64,000 nt of DNA, from the NCBI GenBank assembly GCA_000004985.1, contig GG738894.1. One strand, 5' to 3'. Made by a program: the position numbers and the translations under genes. Positions 45,611-54,762 of the stretch are shown piece after piece. The notes under the pieces are model-generated. The model saw only the letters and a list, made by a program, of their open reading frames with translations, was not told where the DNA came from and made no database searches. Position 1 is the first letter of the stretch; every line of letters starts with the position of its first letter. Source of the DNA: Naegleria gruberi (Eukaryota).

Positions 45611-46624
45611 TTACAAAACCAAAGCAAATAATGCAACGATAACCATAATTAAGGAAACAAGATGCATACTCAATACATTTGCGCTATTAACTCTTGTATC
45701 GAAAGTGGTATATGTTTGTACATAATCCAAATAACTTGTAACATTTGTATAGATACCTCTATTTGAAACCGATCCTGCAGTTCCACATCCGTTAGGTCCA
45801 AAACTAACAATACCAAAAACAATATAATCATTTGTAGAATTAGGAGCTTTGTAAAATAATGGCCCTCCAGAATCACCTTGACAGCTAGTTATCATTAATT
45901 AATTATTGGAATTAATATTTTCAACTTAAATAATGAGGAATAAATACACCTACCTGTCATGTCCTTTTCCATCGCCAGCACAGATTTGTTTTGGTGATGA
46001 AGCATCCAAGTTAATAGCATTACATTTACTCATATCAACCACAGGTACAGTAACTTTCATCAAATCTGTTGGAAGTGGTTGAGTATCAACAGTTGTTCCC
46101 CATCCAGCAACAATAGATGAGAAACCAATAGGAATTGATCCAATTTCCAAATAGGCAGCCTTAGCTGTTTTACCGTCCAATGTCATTGCTGATTCCAATT
46201 CAAGAATAGCTATATCATTTACAACATTATTATTTGAATCACTATATTGAGGATGGACATGAATGTTCTTTATCTTAATATATTTACGTTGTACATCACT
46301 CACAGAATTTCCACCATATACAGCAATCCAAGGTAATGTATCAGGGGGACTGAAACAATGGGCAGCTGAGAGTAAATATTTGGAATTTATAATTGAAGCT
46401 CCACAAGTGTGACTGTAGCTTTTGGCGCTGATATCATCAGCCTGTTGGAGTGAGACAATGAATGGAAATTCGTTGGTGCTTGCCTTTTCACCATTGGACA
46501 CTTTAGAATCTCTCACTTTAAGTTGTTGAGCAGTTGATAATTTAGATATTAAGGCAACAATACTCAACAGAAGGAGGGCAAGAGTCCTCTTCCTTCCACT
46601 GTTACTACTTCCTCCGATCAACAT
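45611..46624 (-). CDS. Trypsin-like (S1) serine protease with a signal peptide and hydrophobic C-terminal tail (copy 1)
   Basis: Exons are 45954-46624 and 45611-45884, separated by a 69-nt intron (45885-45953); the join reads ...[16 protein letters not shown]. The likely start is the ATG at 46624 ([32 protein letters not shown]). The catalytic triad contexts are SAAHC, NDIAIL and GDSGGP. The tail is [16 protein letters not shown]. Confidence 0.92.
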
Positions 46625-46793
46625 TGTGTGAATTTTTATTGTTGTTGAAATAATTAAATTGGAAGTGTGAAGGACAAAACCAATCCAAAGATTACTGTGG
46701 AAGAGGAAATAGAGCGTTCTTTTAGGAGATAATTTGATCATTCTTTTATTATATTTCACAACTATATTGAAGGAACATCATGTGATGACCCAC

Positions 46794-49061
46794 TTAAAAG
46801 TCATATAATTCATTTTCCTTTTGAAGTTCTGTGAGTTTGAGCCACTTTTTGTACTCTGCTGTTTCCTCAAGTCTAGAAAAGGTATCAGATACATTCTTAA
46901 TGACTTCAAAGATGAGGATTTCTCTCAATTCAGAGTAAGGGATTGAGTTTGCAGTTGGTGTTTGCTCACAAACTTGTTTCTTCTCTTCAAACCATTTGTA
47001 AAATGCCTTTTTAGTAGAGTTTGGAAAATTGACCTCAAACTTGGAATAATTTCTCATATAGAGCTCTTCAATTTGGGCAGCCTGTTCGAAAGTTAAGAAT
47101 GAATCTGCAGAATTGACGAGGGAACTTGAACTAAATGTTCGTGAGGTTCTTGAATTGGATGTAGGCAATGAGTCAGTAGATGCTCCCATACTTGATTTCG
47201 ATCTATCATTACCTGAAGATGGGCTTTTCTTATTCTCCAATGATATTAACATTTCATATAACATTACATTTTCAATTGAAAATTCCTTCTTTGCAAACTT
47301 TCTCAATAATTTCATCAAATTCACATCTTCCAATCTGGATTCCAATGTTCTCTTTCCTTTTGGTTCATTGCCTCTGTTTGAAGAAAGTAATTTACTTATT
47401 TTTCTATAAATTTCAATAATCATTGCACTTCCACCAAGAATTAAATAACAAGTCAATGAAAATAGAACTGTCAATACTCCAATGGCAAATTGATTATTAT
47501 ACACTAACAGGGTGATAATTGTGAGTACGAGGAGTAAAAATATGAGTAACAAGTCTATCTTGATATAGAACGGATCATCAAAGAAAAAGTAGTAGTATAT
47601 TCCTTTCTTTTTGATCTTTCTTCGATTTCCAATCATATCCAATAGCAAGAATATTAAACCAATTACAATACATAGAATAATGACAGCACCAAGAGGTGCA
47701 TTTCTGAAATATCCCAAATAGGAAGTAAGGTAAACTTCTTTTTCTAGTATCATGAGAACCGAAGCTCCAAGAGGAATAAAAGGTACTGTTACACTTGTAA
47801 CTAATCCTAACCACTTCTTTCCCAAAAACTTGAAAAATTTGAAATGATCAGATTTTGAAATTATTGTAAACAAATTTCTCAGATAGAAATATCTCACAAC
47901 TGTTATAAAATACAGGAATACAGGATACATTACAACTGCATTGGCTATTCCATTATACAATCGAGTGCAATTGGCAGTAAATACCATAATCTGGAAAATG
48001 TTTCGCATAATAACAAAGAGTGGGCAAAGGTATGGAACAGCCAATCTAATTTTGATGGATTTAGTATTAAATGTCAATAACAGACCAATATAGTAGATAC
48101 ATAGAAAAAAAATTGCATAAACACCTTGGATTTCTTCATATTTAACAGGTTCAAAGGCACAGGTGGAGGATGAACATTCATATACTTCACTGTTCATGTA
48201 AGAAAGGGTGATATTGGAGATTCCAATACTTGAAATTGTTTCGTTTGTATACAATGTGATTTGAGGGTAACTGCTTTGAAGATATTTCACAAAATTATTA
48301 AATTCGAAACTAGAATTTGATAGAGAAATTTTTGATGACCTAAACAGACAATAATCGTGATTCAAATAACATGAAGTACGGTAAGAATCCCCTTTCACTT
48401 CTTCTCTGCACAATCTAATTAATGAATCACATGTTGTAGTGAAGTTGTTAAAATAATCAGTGACACATGAGATTTGGTTTTGATCTAGACTGTTGGAATA
48501 TGAAAAGAACAATGGTGCCAATCTCACAACATTTAAATCTTCAACCTGTAGGTATCTACCTAGCTTGTTATTTCCTCTAATCAACCTCAAAACCTTTGGC
48601 ATTTCTCTGTCAGTTGTTATGATAATTGGACCTTCATTTGATGACCAATAATCAACAAGAATACTTCCAAACACGCAATCAGAGTTGATTCTAACAGCTG
48701 AAAGAATGGAAATAGGTTTGATATCAGCATATGCAGAAGTTGAAATATTATAAATTTCTAATAATGTGTTAAAGGAACTTTCTAATATTTTCAATCGTTG
48801 GTCGGAAACTGAGTAAAAATCAGAATTTGGAGTAAATAGAATGATTCTCTTGTTTTCAAATAGTGATCTTGGTGTAGTAGTTGAATAACCTTTAAGAGCT
48901 ATTGCAATAATAGTTTCATTGGACGAAACTATCTGAATTGGTTGTTGACCATAAATTTCCTTCAATTGACCAATACTCGCTGTCTTTAACCCACAACTAC
49001 AAATCACACAGTGTAGTTGAACTAAACACAACACCAATGAAATCGTAAAGCTGATGTGCAT
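46794..49061 (-). CDS. Seven-transmembrane RGS-domain receptor (7TM-RGS, copy 2; intronless paralogue)
   Basis: The first ATG is at 49061 (MHISFTISLVLCLVQLHCVICS, signal-like); the track start at 49100 is GTG. It has a ~300-aa ectodomain, seven hydrophobic helices and an RGS box (LRKFAKKEFSIENVMLYEML ... YMRNYSKFEVNFPNSTKKAF). It shares family-specific motifs with copy 1: RYFY(V/L)RN, NR(K/R)(R/K)(L/I)KK(R/K)G..F(L/F)FDDP and the C-terminal DTFSRL.ET.EY..W. Confidence 0.85.
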   Translation of the reverse strand: MHISFTISLVLCLVQLHCVICSCGLKTASIGQLKEIYGQQPIQIVSSNETIIAIALKGYSTTTPRSLFENKRIILFTPNSDFYSVSDQRLKILESSFNTLLEIYNISTSAYADIKPISILSAVRINSDCVFGSILVDYWSSNEGPIIITTDREMPKVLRLIRGNNKLGRYLQVEDLNVVRLAPLFFSYSNSLDQNQISCVTDYFNNFTTTCDSLIRLCREEVKGDSYRTSCYLNHDYCLFRSSKISLSNSSFEFNNFVKYLQSSYPQITLYTNETISSIGISNITLSYMNSEVYECSSSTCAFEPVKYEEIQGVYAIFFLCIYYIGLLLTFNTKSIKIRLAVPYLCPLFVIMRNIFQIMVFTANCTRLYNGIANAVVMYPVFLYFITVVRYFYLRNLFTIISKSDHFKFFKFLGKKWLGLVTSVTVPFIPLGASVLMILEKEVYLTSYLGYFRNAPLGAVIILCIVIGLIFLLLDMIGNRRKIKKKGIYYYFFFDDPFYIKIDLLLIFLLLVLTIITLLVYNNQFAIGVLTVLFSLTCYLILGGSAMIIEIYRKISKLLSSNRGNEPKGKRTLESRLEDVNLMKLLRKFAKKEFSIENVMLYEMLISLENKKSPSSGNDRSKSSMGASTDSLPTSNSRTSRTFSSSSLVNSADSFLTFEQAAQIEELYMRNYSKFEVNFPNSTKKAFYKWFEEKKQVCEQTPTANSIPYSELREILIFEVIKNVSDTFSRLEETAEYKKWLKLTELQKENELYDF

Positions 49062-49371
49062 GTTTTTTTGACTTTTCGTTTGGCAAATCTCACATGTCAC
49101 GTTTCATTGGTAAACATCTTTAAAGGAAACTTTGGTTAAGCTCATGCGTTCATTGCAATTAAATCTCAAGTAAACGGTTCTAGAATCGAGTTGCAAGAAT
49201 ATTCATTTCAAGAAATGAGAAGATTTTAATCTATCCATTGAATGGATGGTTTTATGCCTTCTGCATACGAAGGAATAGGAAGTGATTTTGAACTTGCAAT
49301 TGTTCTCGAATTTTATTCTAAACAATTTCCTGAAACATTCATCAATAGTGTGTTTTCTAAATGAATGTAAT

Positions 49372-49415
49372 GGGGTGTAGCTCACATGGTAGAGCACTTC
49401 TTTAGCATGGAATCC
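49372..49415 (+). pseudogene. tRNA-Ala(AGC)-derived relic (5' two-thirds only)
   Basis: GGGGTG TA GCTC ACATGGTA GAGC A CTTCT TTAGCAT GGAAT reproduces the acceptor 5' strand, the D-arm and an anticodon arm with an AGC anticodon loop (4 of 5 stem pairs). The following sequence has no T-arm (no GGTTCGA) and no 3' acceptor strand. Confidence 0.5.
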
Positions 49416-49468
49416 ACACATGAGCCAAAGTCGGAAGAAAAAGAGTAAAAAACACTAATTTAAAAAAA

Positions 49469-50320
49469 ATGAGTAAACTTAACAGACAAGATTTTGAAAA
49501 TCATCAATTCATTAATTCGGAGGAAATATTCACTAACAATAATAATAATAATAATATAGAAGAGAAAGTAAAAAAGCATGTAAAACTCGAACAAGAAATA
49601 TTTTCAGATGATATTTGTTTTGAAATAATTTCAATGATTGATGATTCGTGGTTTATTTTAAATAATTGTACTTTAATTTCAAAACAATTCTTTAATGTGA
49701 TCAAGGAACGTTCAAAACTTGTTATTCAATTTAAAAAAAAATTTACAGAGAAACGAGTTGAAATATTAAAGAAAAGTCAATTTATGAATAGTATTGTTAA
49801 TCTTAAATTTTCAACAAATTTGTTTGACTATTTTGAAGAAGCAAAATTTATAAGTGAAATGAAAGAATTAACATCGCTTAATATTAATGGCAATGTAATT
49901 GGTGCAGAAGGAGCAAAATTCATCAGTGGAATGAAACAATTGACATCACTTAATATTTCTTACAATGTAATTGGTGATAAAGGAGCTAAATTGATAAGTG
50001 AAATGAAACAGTTAATATCAATTAATATTTCTTACAATAGAATTTGTGGTGAAGGAGCTAAATTCATAAGTGAAATGAAACAATTGACATCACTTAATAT
50101 TGCTAACAATTCAATTGGCGATACAGGAGCTAAATTCATCAGTGGAATGAAAGAATTAACATCACTTGATATATATAATAATAGAATTGGCAGAGAAGGA
50201 GCAAAATACATTAGTGAAATGAAACAATTGACATCACTTGATATTGGTGGCAATCAAATTGGTGATGAAGAAGTAAAATTGATAAGTGAAATGAAACAAT
50301 TGACATCACTAAGAAAATAA
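49469..50320 (+). CDS. Leucine-rich repeat protein, inverted paralogue of 17527-18660
   Basis: ATG-initiated ORF of 283 aa. The first ~115 aa are almost identical to the other copy (MSK.NRQDFENHQ.INSEEIFTNNNNNN..EEKVKKHVKLEQEIFSDDICFEII.MIDDSWFILNNCTLISKQFFNVIKERSKLVIQFK). About 7 LRR units of 24 aa follow. Confidence 0.9.
   Translation: MSKLNRQDFENHQFINSEEIFTNNNNNNNIEEKVKKHVKLEQEIFSDDICFEIISMIDDSWFILNNCTLISKQFFNVIKERSKLVIQFKKKFTEKRVEILKKSQFMNSIVNLKFSTNLFDYFEEAKFISEMKELTSLNINGNVIGAEGAKFISGMKQLTSLNISYNVIGDKGAKLISEMKQLISINISYNRICGEGAKFISEMKQLTSLNIANNSIGDTGAKFISGMKELTSLDIYNNRIGREGAKYISEMKQLTSLDIGGNQIGDEEVKLISEMKQLTSLRK
49859..50317 (+). repeat. Tandem 72-bp coding LRR repeat array (copy 2)
   Basis: The unit gaaatgaaacaattgacatcacttaatatt recurs with a 72-nt period. 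Confidence 0.85.
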
Positions 50321-50371
50321 GCTATTGAAAGATTGGAGAAAAAGGTAATTTATTACTAAATGTTAAAACTC

Positions 50372-52936
50372 TTATTGTTTAGGCATTGTATCACAGTAAT
50401 CTGTGTAGAGTGGGATATCTTCCTTAAGACCCTTTCTCTTTCTGATAGATTTGATGAGTTTGTGAACTTTAGATTGAGGATCATAAACATTGTCTTCCAT
50501 AACTTTCCAGTGACTGAAACTACATTGAGGGAAAGCTTGTCCTTGAGTAACACCTCTCAACTCTTCTGTTAAACCGAAACTTTCCAACACAGGTAAATTA
50601 CCAGTTATACTAACGAGAGGAGTACCAATTACCATTTCAGTAGATTTGATAACACCTCTTCTATTAGAAATGACACTATAGACAGAACCCATCACTGATT
50701 GAGGACATTGAACTTCAACAAGATACATTGGTTCAACTAACTTTGGATCAGCTCTCAATTGACTAGCAGTCATGACACGAGATGTTGCTTGGAGAATTTG
50801 ACCAGCTCCACGATGGATAGAATCTGCATGAAGATTACAATCATTAAATTTGAATAAAACACCTCTCATTGCTTCGTCACATAAACCTCCTGAAGAACTG
50901 CTTTGTTGGAAGCTAGTGACCACATATTGTTGAATTTCATTAATATAGTCAACTGACTTGGTTGCATTTACCAAAATGTTACTACCCTTATCAGCTTCAG
51001 GTCCAAAACTCCAAATTCTCTTTGTTATACTAGGATCCCATTCAAAGTCAATTTCTAAAATCTTTGCTCTCTTATTTTGATCATCCATTGGCAATTGACC
51101 TTCCTTAATCATTTCAATTAATTCCTCACTGATTGGTTCAGCTTGCATGTATAAACGATTGTGGCCGTTAGCACTTCTTGCCATGACCATGTCACCATTC
51201 TTATTTGAAACTGTTTCGTGGAAAGTGACAACAGGAGGAGACTTTTTAATTTGAATTCCTCTTGCATATTCTTCTTCTAAATTCTTTAAACAAATTTCCA
51301 AATGCAATTCACCTGCTGTTCCAAGAATATGTTGACCACTATCATTTTGCTTACATTCCAATAGAGGATCACTTTGAACGAGACGTTTCAAACCTTCAAC
51401 AAATCGAGATAAATCAGCTGGATTGACTGGCTCAACTCCCATTTGAACTACAGGACTCACAGAGTATTTCATATTCTTAATTGGCATACATGCAACTTGT
51501 CCTTCTTCTGTCAATGTACATGATTTGATAATGTACTTGTCAAGACCAACAATACCGACGATGGCACCACAAGAAGCTTGAGTGATACTTTCAGTGTTTT
51601 TACCAACCATGACTAACAATCTTTGAATGCTTGTATGGAAAACATCTTTCTTAGCAATTGGATCATAGTTAGGACCCAAAATTCTCACCTTAGTTGATTG
51701 AGTCAAACTACCAGAGAATATACGAGCTAGAGCAATAAAACGACCAACATTATTACTCATACTAGAGCTAGTATTAGAGTGCATAGGTACCATCTTACTG
51801 ACATAGACAACCAGTGGTGCATTTGGATCACATTCCTTAATACCAGTAGCGTATGGATCTGTCAAATCTTCACCAGTGTAGAGGTTATCATACCTGACCT
51901 TTTGAGCCTCTTTAGGAGAAGGTAAATGGTTGATAATCATTTGAACTAGAGGTTTGTGAGCTGGGAGGAACTTTCTCATGATTGATTTAGCTAAAAGTTT
52001 CGGCTCCTTTCTCTTTTCTTCTTTCGTCAGAGGTATAGACAATGCACCAATGATATTTTCCAAATCTGTTGACAAAATACCTTCACTCGAAATTGTATGT
52101 TCTCTAACCAACTTGAAAATCTTGAAAATAGGTTCTAAAATGAATTCACAGAAAGTATGTTTCAATTGTTGACCACTTGTCGATGAATAAGGTTCAGTGG
52201 TAAACTTCTTAGTTGAGTGATCATAATAATTTTCACCCCACAATTTGTTAATAACCTTCTCAACTGGAAGTTTAAACTTCTTGCTATATAATTGAGCGAA
52301 TTGCTCCAAAGTGAAAGCCCAACCCATCTTACCTGATCCAAAAGCAATGTTACAATCAACTGGATCAACAGAAACTGACTCATCAGAGTAAGTTGATAAT
52401 AGAGCATTCACAGACTCGATAATTCTTAAAAAGTTTTGATAACTTTCTTCTTCAGTAAATTGCATTTCTTCAATCAAACGGTCAACCTTGTTAATGAAGA
52501 GAACTGGACGAATTCTTTCTTGAAGAGATTGTCTAATTACTGTTTCAGTTTGACCTCTACAACCTTCAGCAGCATCAACAATCAGCACTGCACCATCAGT
52601 AATTCTCAAAGCTGTACTAACTTCAGATGAGAAATCAATGTGACCTGGACAATCGATCAAATTAACCAAATGATGATCATTCTCCTTGTCTGGATTTTCC
52701 AATACCATACTCAAACTTGTTGATTTAATGGTAATACCCTTTTCAATTTCATTCTTATCTACGTCACAAACTCTCTTCTCACCTGCAGCATCTTCATCCA
52801 CTAAACCAGCTGCTAAAGCCAATTGATCAGTGAGTGTTGATTTACCATGATCAACGTGAGCAATTATACTAATGTTACGAATCTTGTTACTGTCGAGTAA
52901 GAGCCTTTCGAGTATTTCTTTACTGAACTTGACCAT
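50372..52936 (-). CDS. Elongation factor 2-like translational GTPase (divergent EF2 family member)
   Basis: ORF of 854 aa with ATG at 52936, collinear with eEF2 end to end. GTPase motifs are G1 AHVDHGKST, G3 DCPGH and G4 NKVD. Domain IV has the loop LHADSIHRGAGQ, and the C-terminus is FSHWKVM...RKRKGLKEDIP. Confidence 0.93.
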   Translation of the reverse strand: MVKFSKEILERLLLDSNKIRNISIIAHVDHGKSTLTDQLALAAGLVDEDAAGEKRVCDVDKNEIEKGITIKSTSLSMVLENPDKENDHHLVNLIDCPGHIDFSSEVSTALRITDGAVLIVDAAEGCRGQTETVIRQSLQERIRPVLFINKVDRLIEEMQFTEEESYQNFLRIIESVNALLSTYSDESVSVDPVDCNIAFGSGKMGWAFTLEQFAQLYSKKFKLPVEKVINKLWGENYYDHSTKKFTTEPYSSTSGQQLKHTFCEFILEPIFKIFKLVREHTISSEGILSTDLENIIGALSIPLTKEEKRKEPKLLAKSIMRKFLPAHKPLVQMIINHLPSPKEAQKVRYDNLYTGEDLTDPYATGIKECDPNAPLVVYVSKMVPMHSNTSSSMSNNVGRFIALARIFSGSLTQSTKVRILGPNYDPIAKKDVFHTSIQRLLVMVGKNTESITQASCGAIVGIVGLDKYIIKSCTLTEEGQVACMPIKNMKYSVSPVVQMGVEPVNPADLSRFVEGLKRLVQSDPLLECKQNDSGQHILGTAGELHLEICLKNLEEEYARGIQIKKSPPVVTFHETVSNKNGDMVMARSANGHNRLYMQAEPISEELIEMIKEGQLPMDDQNKRAKILEIDFEWDPSITKRIWSFGPEADKGSNILVNATKSVDYINEIQQYVVTSFQQSSSSGGLCDEAMRGVLFKFNDCNLHADSIHRGAGQILQATSRVMTASQLRADPKLVEPMYLVEVQCPQSVMGSVYSVISNRRGVIKSTEMVIGTPLVSITGNLPVLESFGLTEELRGVTQGQAFPQCSFSHWKVMEDNVYDPQSKVHKLIKSIRKRKGLKEDIPLYTDYCDTMPKQ

Positions 52937-53077
52937 ATTGTAATTATTTTAATAATCTCTGTTTGAATATTGAGCTAAAGAATGAGCTGTTAGTCAATTT
53001 GTTGTTTTTTTTAGTTTGTTTGATGGAGTGAGAATACCTGAGAGCTTGTTTAAATAGAGCTAAATTTGCTTGTTTTC

Positions 53078-53232
53078 AATTTGAACCTCCACAGCTTCAT
53101 ATTCAGACTTCTGTTTGAATTTGAACCTCTGATTCACTTACGAAAATGAACCTCTTCTTCAATTTCAAATATGCACATTCATTTTCATATTATTTTGAAT
53201 AATTTAAAAATAGAGTGTTGGTTCAAATTCAA
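53078..53232. promoter_or_regulatory. Cluster of AATTTGAACC(TC) motifs upstream of the EF2-like gene
   Basis: AATTTGAACCTC occurs at about 53078-53089 and 53118-53129. ATGAACCTC occurs at about 53146-53154. An inverted copy GGTTCAAATTCAA lies at about 53220-53232. All sit 140-300 nt upstream of the ATG at 52936 on the minus strand. Coordinates are within about 1 nt. Confidence 0.3.
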
Positions 53233-53241
53233 GTTATTTTC

Positions 53242-53790
53242 TTATTTTACTTCCGAATTCAAGTGAGCAATGTAAGCTTCCACGGCTTTTGGCAATAAAT
53301 CATAACCATTCTCAACACCATGAATAATTGCCTTCTCAACCAAATGACCAAGTAACAACACAGAACAGTGAATTTCTGTTTCCAAAACATGATAACAACT
53401 ATGTTCGTCAATTGGTTCAATATGTTGATGAGTACTGATCTTTAGAATATCGTGATGACTCAGTGGAGGCATAGTATTACTATTCATGGTATAGTTCAAT
53501 AAATGCTTTTCCTGATGATCGACATAGTGAAATTCTTCCTGACCTAACAAGTGCAACAATGCATGGGGAATGTCATAATCTGGAAATACTTTGGCAGTTC
53601 TCTTGACAATATTGACATCTTCACTTGGAAGTGTTTCAGTTTCAACTTTGTTGAATTTGAGCAGAGGAGCTGTGAATTTATCAAAATCATCAGTAAATAT
53701 TATTTTCCAATATTCTTCTCTACTCAGTGGAATGAGTTTCTTGACGGAGTGTTGACCATGATGATGATGATAATGTTGACTGTAGTGATC
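53242..53790 (-). CDS. Hypothetical His-rich protein, terminal exon only (5' exon and start not found)
   Basis: The frame of track ORF 53242-53559 stays open upstream to an acceptor-like site (aatatcacag|GATCAC) at 53791/53790. It reads DHYSQHYHHHHHGQHSVKKLIPLSREEYWKIIFTDDFDKF...HALLHLLGQEEFHYV... There is no in-frame ATG and I could not place the initiating exon. Confidence 0.4.
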   Translation of the reverse strand, partial: DHYSQHYHHHHGQHSVKKLIPLSREEYWKIIFTDDFDKFTAPLLKFNKVETETLPSEDVNIVKRTAKVFPDYDIPHALLHLLGQEEFHYVDHQEKHLLNYTMNSNTMPPLSHHDILKISTHQHIEPIDEHSCYHVLETEIHCSVLLLGHLVEKAIIHGVENGYDLLPKAVEAYIAHLNSEVK

Positions 53791-53969
53791 CTGTGATATT
53801 TAAATTATTATTATTGAAAATGGATGTACGTGATTCGGAAGGCAGTAAAAAGGCAGTAAATTTCGGATCTGTTTTGTGGTATTTTTTTGTTGTTAGAATT
53901 GACAAACACTATGGACAATAATGTAGTTGACAAATTTAATGCATTTTCAATAGACTCTAAAAAGGAAAT

Positions 53970-54659
53970 TTGACAAGCCTACCACAATTTCTTGATTCTG
54001 AATTCATCAAACTATTAATTAATTATAACATTGACTATCGTATTATTGAGCACATGCCTGAAGTTGTAAAAGTAACACCCATTACATCTGAATTTGTGAA
54101 GAAATGGCCACAAGCTTTTACTCTATACCCAGAATTTTATTCAGACGATGTACAATTCATTACAGATAGTAATGTTATGGCTATTGCATTTGCTCGTGAA
54201 CCAGTGCAACTGGAACACTTGGATTTAGTCGCTCAGGCAGGATTGACAACATTGCAGAAAAATTATACACAAAACTACTCACTGGTAAAAAGAGAGAGTG
54301 GGTAGTCTTTAGATGTGATTTTAATGTGTGCTGGTTCTCCTTTTGGAGGTCATTTGGCTGATCTTATTCCAGAACAAGTCTTGTTGGACAGGGATTTCTT
54401 AGTCAACCTTGTCAGGAGAAATGGCTTTGCTTACCAAATGATTCGAGAAATGACGATGGAAGAGGATGAAGATGAAGAATTAGCTATGGAAGCTTTGAAA
54501 TCTTGGGGCTGATTTGAATCTTCATTACTATATCAATATCATGATGCTAAAATAATTTACAAGATTTTCAAGGAATTATTGAATCAACGTTTGAAGGCTT
54601 TTTACAGTGAAGATTTCTTTATTCCCTCAAGATATTCTTCACTTGCTTTTAAGGTTTAA
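53970..54659 (+). pseudogene. Single reading frame interrupted by two in-frame stops (TAG 54303-54305, TGA 54510-54512): pseudogene or readthrough candidate
   Basis: Track ORFs 53970-54305 and 54315-54512 are in the same frame, and 49 further open codons run to the TAA at 54657-54659. The only interruptions are the two stops. There is no ATG at the 5' end (the track start is TTG). No usable GT..AG pair removes either stop while keeping the frame. Confidence 0.35.
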
Positions 54660-54762
54660 CATTGAATAGGTTCAATATTTGAGAGGATTTATTTCCTTAA
54701 TCATTATGACTATAGAATAGTCTAAAGTAAATATTGCACTTTGCCACACCAATTTAAAAAAA

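Noticed and set aside
53911-53973. A short ORF starting at the ATG at 53911 (MDNNVVDKFNAFSIDSKKEI*), considered as a possible first exon for the interrupted frame at 53970.
   Set aside because: It is in a different frame. No GT..AG intron has the required length class (L = 2 mod 3) to join them.
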